A stretch of 64,000 bases of DNA, taken from an uncultured virus (IMG/VR IMGVR_UViG_3300046009_005595). Lineage: Duplodnaviria; Heunggongvirae; Uroviricota; Caudoviricetes. Where the stretch lies: positions 1 to 64,000 of the IMG/VR virus record IMGVR_UViG_3300046009_005595; one strand, given 5' to 3'. The notes under the pieces are model-generated. The model saw only the letters and a program-made list of their open reading frames with translations, made no database searches and had not been told where the DNA came from. Both the position numbers and the translations under genes were made by a program. Positions 57,738 to 64,000 of this stretch are shown piece by piece. Every line of letters begins with the position of its first letter. The stretch's first letter is position 1.

Positions 57738-60700
57738 ATGGCTAATATTACTCTTAGAAGGAGTTCAGGTAATACTGAACCTAGATCTGCAAATGTTTTT
57801 GTAAAAAATTATCCACTACTAGATACTGAAGTTGATAATAATTTTAACAATCTTAACAATTCTGTAGAGTATAATTCTGGGATAGTAATATTATCATACG
57901 ATAAAGCTAATATTTCGTATTATCAAGCTGATAGTGCATTTAATCAAGCTAATATAGCTATTTCATATGCACAATCAGCATTTAACACTGCTAATAATTC
58001 TGGGATAGGGGTATCAGCATATAATCAAGCTAATGTTGCATATAATACTGCAAACCTAGCTATTTTATACGCACAATCAGCATTTAATACTACAAATACA
58101 AATTTAATAATAACAGAGTCTGCATTTAAAACAGCAAACATATCATTAAATAACACATCAAGTGCCTTTAACAAAGCAAACTCTGTTGGTAATGATTCTG
58201 TTAATGCATTTAATAAAGCTAACTCTGCTGGTAATGATGCACTCAATGCTTATAATCAAGCTAATACTGGAACATTATATACTCAAGCAGCATTTAATAA
58301 AGCTAACTCTTCTGGTAATGATGCAGTCAATGCTTATAATCAAGCTAATACTGGAACATTATATGCTCAAGCAGCATTTAATGCTGCTAATAATTCTGCA
58401 ACTTCAGGACCAGCATTTATCCAAGCTAATATAGCATATAATCAAGCTAATACTGCTGTATTATATGCTCAAGCAGCATTTAATAAAGCTAACTCTGTTG
58501 GTAATGATGCTGTTAATGCTTATATTCAAGCTAATGTTGGAATTCTTTATTCATCATCAGCATTTAATAAAGCTAATTCTGCTGGTAATGATGCTGTTAA
58601 TGCTTACACACAAGCTAATACTGGAATACAATATTCTCAAGCAGCATTTAATAAAGCTAACTCTGCTGGTAATGATGCTGTTAATGCTTACATACAAGCT
58701 AATACTGGGATTCTTTATTCATCATCAGCATTTAATAAAGCTAATTCTGTTGGTAATGATGCTGTTAATGCATATAATACTGCAAATATAGCTATTGTAT
58801 ACACACAATCAGCATTTGCTGCTGCTAATAATGAACCAATAGCCAAGTCTGCTTTTAATCAAGCAAATTTAGCATTTACTCAAGCTAATATAGCATATAA
58901 TACAGCTAATACTGGAATTCTTTATTCATCATCAGCATTTACTCAAGCTAATATAGTATATAATACAGCTAATACTGGAATTCTTTATTCATCATCAGCA
59001 TTTACTCAAGCTAATATAGCAATAAATTTTGCACAATCAGCATTTGCTGCTGCTAATAATGAACCAATAGCCAAGTCTGCTTTTAATCAAGCTAATACAG
59101 CATTAAATAATTCTTTAGGTGCTTTAATTATAGCTAATACTGCATATAATACAGCTAATATTGGTGTTAATAATTCTTTATCAGCATTTAATAAAGCTAA
59201 TTCTTCTAGTAACGATTCTGTTAATGCATTTAATAAAGCTAATTCTGCTGGTAATGATTCAGTCAATGCTTATATTCAAGCTAATATAGCATATAATACA
59301 GCTAATACAGCAATTAATAATACATTAGGTGCATTTAACAAAGCTAACTCTGCTGGTAATGATGCTGTAAATGCTTATAATCAAGCTAATATAGCAATAG
59401 ATTTTGCACAATCAGCTTTCAAATCTTCTAATGTAAATTTAATAAACACACAATCTGCTTTTAATCAAGCTAATGTAGCAATAGATTTTGCACAATCAGC
59501 TTTTAATACTGCCAATAATGAAATAATAGCTAAATCTGCTTTTAATCAAGCTAATTTAGCATTTAATGCTACCAACAATGCATACACACAAGCTAATACT
59601 GCAATTAATAATGCACTAGGAGCATTTAACAAAGCAAATTCTGCTGGTATTGACGCTGTAAATGCTTATATTCAAGCTAATACAGCAATTTTATATTCAT
59701 CATCAGCATTTAGTCAATCTAATACTGCAATTAATAATGCATTAGGGGCATTCAATGCTGCTAATAATGAACCAATAGCTAAGTCTGCATTTGCTCAAGC
59801 TAATACAGCATTAAATAATGCATTAGATGCTTTTAATAAAGCTAACTCTGCTGGTAATGATGCAGTTAACTCATATAATAAAGCTAACTCTGCTGGTAAT
59901 GATGCCGTTAACTCATATAATAAAGCTAATTCTGCTGGTAATGATGCAGTCAATGCATTTATTAGAGCTAATACAGCATTAAATAATGCGTTAGGGGCAT
60001 TCAATGCTGCTAATAATGAACCAATAGCTAAGTCTGCATTTGCTCAAGCTAATACAGCATTAAATAATGCGTTAGGGGCATTCAATGCTGCTAATAATGA
60101 ACCAATAGCTAAGTCTGCATTTGCTCAAGCTAATACAGCAATTAATAATACATTAGGTGCATTTAACAAAGCTAACTCTGCTGGTAATGATGCAGTCAAT
60201 GCATTCATTAGAGCTAATACAGCATTAAATAATGCGTTAGGGGCATTCAATGCTGCAAATAATGAACCAATAGCTAAGTCTGCATTTACTCAAGCTAACA
60301 CTGCATTAAATAATGCATTAGGAGCATTTAACAAAGCTAACTCTGTTGGTAATGATGCAGTTAATGCATTCATTCAAGCAAATACAACATTAAATAATGC
60401 ATTAGGAGCATTCAACAAAGCAAACTCTTCTGGAAATGATGCAGTTAACGCATTCATTCAAGCTAATACTGCATTAAATAATGCGTTAGGTGCATTTAAT
60501 AATTCTAACACTAAATTTAATTCTTCTGGTGGTAATATAACCGGACCAGTAACTATATCTTCTTCTTTAATAGTAACTGGAAATGTAACATTTACTGGTA
60601 ACGTCACATCAGTTAGTGCTAATAATTTAGCTGTTCAAGATAATATGATTTATCTTAATAGTGGATCTAACGTTGCTAACCCTGATTTAGGATTTGCAGG

Positions 60701-63092
60701 GAATTATAATGATGGGATATATAGACACACAGGATTCTTTAGAGATTCTTCTGACGGTATTTGGAAAGTATTTGATCAATATGTACCAGAACCAGATGCA
60801 TCTCCTTATATTGATACTAGCAATAATACATTTAGAATAGCAGATTTTCAAGCTAATACTGTATATTTTGGAAGAATATATACAACCTCAAATACTTTAA
60901 TAGCTAATTTAAATTCGGAATTACTTGGAGGATTTGATAGTAATTATTATATTACATTAAATTCTTCTGTTTATAATCAAACCAATACTGCATTAAATAA
61001 TGCATTAGGTGCATTTAACAAAGCTAACTCTGCTGGCAATGATTCTGTCAATTCTTATATTAGAGCCAATACAGCAATTAACAATGCATTAGGTGCATTT
61101 AACAAAGCAAACTCTGCTGGTAATGATTCTGTTAATGCATTTAATAAAGCTAACTCTGCTGGTAACGATGCAGTTAATGCTTATATTCAAGCTAATACTG
61201 CATTAAATAATGCATTAAGTTCATTCATTCAAGCAAATACAGCATTAAATAATTCATTAAGTGCGTTTATTGCTGCTAATAATGAACCAATAGCTAAGTC
61301 AGCATTTAATAAAGCTAACTCTGCTGGTAACGATGCAGTCAATGCTTATATACAAGCTAATACTGCATTAAATAATGCATTAAGTTCATTCATTCAAGCT
61401 AATACAGCTTATACCACAGCTAACATTGGTGTTAATAATTCACTATCAGCATTTAATAAAGCTAACTCTGCTGGTAATGATTCTGTTAATGCCTACATAC
61501 AAGCTAATTCAGCATTAAATAATTCATTATCAGCATTTATACAAGCTAATACTGTATATAATACAGCTAATATTGGTGTTAATAATTCACTATCAGCATT
61601 TAATAAAGCTAACTCTGCTGGTAACGATGCAGTCAATGCATTTAACAAAGCTAATTCTGCTGGTAATGATTCAGTCAATGCTTACATACAAGCTAATACA
61701 GCATTAAATAATTCATTAAGTGCATTTATTGCTGCTAATAATGAACCAATAGCTAAGTCAGCGTTTAACAAAGCTAATTCTGCTGGTAACGATGCAGTCA
61801 ATGCGTATATACAAGCTAATACTGGAACATTATATTCTCAATCAGCATTTAATCAAGCTAATATTGTATTATCAATAGCACAATCATCTTTTGCTGCTGC
61901 TAATAATGAACCAATAGCTAAGTCTGCATTTAGTAAAGCTAACTCTGCTGGTAACGATGCAGTAAATGCATTTAATAAAGCAAACTCTGCTGGTAATGAT
62001 GCAGTTAATTCATTCACTAGAGCTAATACAGCATTAAATAATGCATTAGGAGCATTCAATGCTGCTAATAATGAACCAATAGCTAAGTCAGCATTTTCTT
62101 CTGCTAATACAGCATTAAATAATGCATTAGGATCATTCAATGCTGCTAATAATGAACCAATAGCTAAGTCTGCATTTGCTCAAGCTAATATTGCATATGG
62201 ACAAGCTAATACAAAAGTATATGCTTTTTATCAAAACACAGCACCATCATCTTCTAATTCTCATGATATTTGGATACACAATGATACTGGTGTTGTTTAT
62301 GAAAATTTTGGAAATACTACTTATCCAGTTTGGGCTGAATTTGGTCCAACAGGAGTCACATCTACTGGTGGAATCACTACATTAAATAATCAATTATATA
62401 TAAATTACACTCCACAAACAACAGTAAATGCTGCAATACACATTACTGCAGCTAATACGCTAGGTGGTGCTGGATATGCAGACGTACTAAAATTTACAAA
62501 TATTTCTGGTGGTGCAACTAATCCAAATAAATTTATTCGTGTAAATATTACAGGTGGTCTTGAAATAATCGATTCAACTTACCTTAATAATATTTTTACT
62601 ATTAGTAATGCTGGTAATATATCTTCTAAAGGAACAATAACTCCAGGAGCATATTCACCAGGTCAAGTTATAAAAGATACTATGTTATCGAATAGTGAGG
62701 TTACTGTTGTTTCTACTACAATTGCACCATCAGGTTCAAATGTAAACTTTATCACATACAACTACACTCCAGTTAGTTCATCAAGTTATTTGGTTGTTCA
62801 TGTTCACATATCAAGATACGAACCGCAAGGCACTACCGATGATAGTTGGTTCTCAATATTATTAGTAGATGGAGCCGAAATTTCATATAATTGGCAAATG
62901 GTGAATGATAATGGTACTGGAACAAGTGGTCGTTCTGGTGTATTATTCCCAATAACAGGAAGATATACAAACTCAAGTACCTCAACTAAACAGATTCAAG
63001 TAGCTGCTCGTAGAGATACTGCTGATGATAGCATTATTATTACTAATTCAGCATCAGGAATTTGGTTACGCATTACAGAAATAGCAAGATGA
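57738..63092 (+). CDS. Large fibre-like protein with Ala/Asn-rich repeats
   Basis: K..PL...EVDNNF.NLN N-terminus; AFNKANSAGNDAVN and AFNAANNEPIAKS repeats; internal HTGFFRD..DG.WKVF domain; C-terminal ITEIA. Confidence 0.8.
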   Translation: MANITLRRSSGNTEPRSANVFVKNYPLLDTEVDNNFNNLNNSVEYNSGIVILSYDKANISYYQADSAFNQANIAISYAQSAFNTANNSGIGVSAYNQANVAYNTANLAILYAQSAFNTTNTNLIITESAFKTANISLNNTSSAFNKANSVGNDSVNAFNKANSAGNDALNAYNQANTGTLYTQAAFNKANSSGNDAVNAYNQANTGTLYAQAAFNAANNSATSGPAFIQANIAYNQANTAVLYAQAAFNKANSVGNDAVNAYIQANVGILYSSSAFNKANSAGNDAVNAYTQANTGIQYSQAAFNKANSAGNDAVNAYIQANTGILYSSSAFNKANSVGNDAVNAYNTANIAIVYTQSAFAAANNEPIAKSAFNQANLAFTQANIAYNTANTGILYSSSAFTQANIVYNTANTGILYSSSAFTQANIAINFAQSAFAAANNEPIAKSAFNQANTALNNSLGALIIANTAYNTANIGVNNSLSAFNKANSSSNDSVNAFNKANSAGNDSVNAYIQANIAYNTANTAINNTLGAFNKANSAGNDAVNAYNQANIAIDFAQSAFKSSNVNLINTQSAFNQANVAIDFAQSAFNTANNEIIAKSAFNQANLAFNATNNAYTQANTAINNALGAFNKANSAGIDAVNAYIQANTAILYSSSAFSQSNTAINNALGAFNAANNEPIAKSAFAQANTALNNALDAFNKANSAGNDAVNSYNKANSAGNDAVNSYNKANSAGNDAVNAFIRANTALNNALGAFNAANNEPIAKSAFAQANTALNNALGAFNAANNEPIAKSAFAQANTAINNTLGAFNKANSAGNDAVNAFIRANTALNNALGAFNAANNEPIAKSAFTQANTALNNALGAFNKANSVGNDAVNAFIQANTTLNNALGAFNKANSSGNDAVNAFIQANTALNNALGAFNNSNTKFNSSGGNITGPVTISSSLIVTGNVTFTGNVTSVSANNLAVQDNMIYLNSGSNVANPDLGFAGNYNDGIYRHTGFFRDSSDGIWKVFDQYVPEPDASPYIDTSNNTFRIADFQANTVYFGRIYTTSNTLIANLNSELLGGFDSNYYITLNSSVYNQTNTALNNALGAFNKANSAGNDSVNSYIRANTAINNALGAFNKANSAGNDSVNAFNKANSAGNDAVNAYIQANTALNNALSSFIQANTALNNSLSAFIAANNEPIAKSAFNKANSAGNDAVNAYIQANTALNNALSSFIQANTAYTTANIGVNNSLSAFNKANSAGNDSVNAYIQANSALNNSLSAFIQANTVYNTANIGVNNSLSAFNKANSAGNDAVNAFNKANSAGNDSVNAYIQANTALNNSLSAFIAANNEPIAKSAFNKANSAGNDAVNAYIQANTGTLYSQSAFNQANIVLSIAQSSFAAANNEPIAKSAFSKANSAGNDAVNAFNKANSAGNDAVNSFTRANTALNNALGAFNAANNEPIAKSAFSSANTALNNALGSFNAANNEPIAKSAFAQANIAYGQANTKVYAFYQNTAPSSSNSHDIWIHNDTGVVYENFGNTTYPVWAEFGPTGVTSTGGITTLNNQLYINYTPQTTVNAAIHITAANTLGGAGYADVLKFTNISGGATNPNKFIRVNITGGLEIIDSTYLNNIFTISNAGNISSKGTITPGAYSPGQVIKDTMLSNSEVTVVSTTIAPSGSNVNFITYNYTPVSSSSYLVVHVHISRYEPQGTTDDSWFSILLVDGAEISYNWQMVNDNGTGTSGRSGVLFPITGRYTNSSTSTKQIQVAARRDTADDSIIITNSASGIWLRITEIAR

Positions 63093-63128
63093 ACTTAATT
63101 TATATAAAATAATAAAGAGTAATTAGAT

Positions 63129-64000
63129 ATGGCAATAAATTTTCCAATAAATCCACAAATAAATGACGTATTTATAGTAGGCTCCAAATCTTGGAGTTGG
63201 AATGGATATGCTTGGGATTTAGTAGTAGCTAATACTTCAACATTAACATTAAATATTCAGTCTGCATTTGAAGCAGCTAATAATGCAAATATGGATGCAG
63301 ATTCTGCATTCTTTGTTGCTAATAATGCACCTAAAGCATGGAATAGTGCAAACAATGCATACACAAATGCTAATACTGGTATATTATATGCACAATCAGC
63401 ATTTAATAAAGCTAATTCTGCTGGTAATGATGCTGTTAATTCTTATACACAAGCTAACACTGCACTAAACAACGCATTAGGTGCGTTCACTGCTGCAAAT
63501 AATGAACCAATAGCTAAGTCTGCATTTGCTCAAGCTAACACTGCACTAAACAACGCATTAGGATCATTTAATAAAGCTAACTCTGCTGGTAATGATGCTG
63601 TTAATGCTTACATACAAGCTAATACTGCATTAAATAATGCATTAAGTGCATTCAATTCTGCTAATAATGCTAATCTGGATGCAGACTCAGCATTTAATAA
63701 AGCTAATTCTGCTGGTAATGATGCTGTAAACTCATTTATTAGAGCTAATACTGGCGTTAACAATTCATTATCAGCATTTATACAAGCTAATACTGCATAT
63801 AATACAGCTAATATTGGGGTTAATAATTCATTATCAGCATTTATACAAGCTAATACTGCATTAAATAATGCATTAGGATCATTCAATAAAGCTAATTCTG
63901 CTGGTAACGATGCTGTTAATGCATTTATTAGAGCTAATACCGCAATCAATAACGCATTAGGTGCATTTAATCTAGCTAATAATGCTAATCTGGATGCAGA
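63129..64000 (+). CDS. Third Ala/Asn-repeat fibre-like protein, partial (runs off the window)
   Basis: Manual translation MAINFPINPQINDVFIVGSKSWSWNGYAWD... followed by the same repeats. Confidence 0.8.
   Translation, partial: MAINFPINPQINDVFIVGSKSWSWNGYAWDLVVANTSTLTLNIQSAFEAANNANMDADSAFFVANNAPKAWNSANNAYTNANTGILYAQSAFNKANSAGNDAVNSYTQANTALNNALGAFTAANNEPIAKSAFAQANTALNNALGSFNKANSAGNDAVNAYIQANTALNNALSAFNSANNANLDADSAFNKANSAGNDAVNSFIRANTGVNNSLSAFIQANTAYNTANIGVNNSLSAFIQANTALNNALGSFNKANSAGNDAVNAFIRANTAINNALGAFNLANNANLDA

Noticed and set aside
41810..63949. Many antisense and alternate-frame ORFs within the fibre genes
   Set aside because: Shadow ORFs caused by repeat periodicity and GCT/AAT codon bias; no RBS or independent motifs
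1..64000. tRNA genes, introns, inteins or alternative genetic code
   Set aside because: None recognised by eye; core genes are uninterrupted in the standard code. A tRNA/Rfam scan was not run

Overview
AT-rich 64-kb segment of a large T4-like myophage, probably infecting a gammaproteobacterial methanotroph: it carries a stand-alone pmoC. Positions 1-14 kb form an accessory region with NadM-Nudix, pmoC, a cupin, a PurD-like ATP-grasp enzyme, a phoH-plcP-agt-like module and RlpA. The same region holds seven unrelated proteins sharing an N-terminal M[KL][TS]F[KT][EK][FY] tag resembling the T4 internal-protein capsid-targeting signal. Core genes follow: gp33, gp59, gp32, tape measure, gp51/gp26, gp54, gp2, gp4, gp48, gp53, hub, gp5, gp25, gp6-gp8 and a VrlC-like protein. 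From 41 kb there are Ala/Asn-rich repeat fibres, three RCC1 propellers and a late-promoter-driven modification cluster (sulfotransferase, methyltransferase, TPR-glycosyltransferase, HldD). The best leads are a putative packaged and injected effector set, a putative -1 frameshift fusing gp26 to gp51, a phage-borne lipid-remodelling module, a dual early/late pmoC promoter and an ATT-initiated gene. All assignments come from motif recognition and synteny; no database searches were run.
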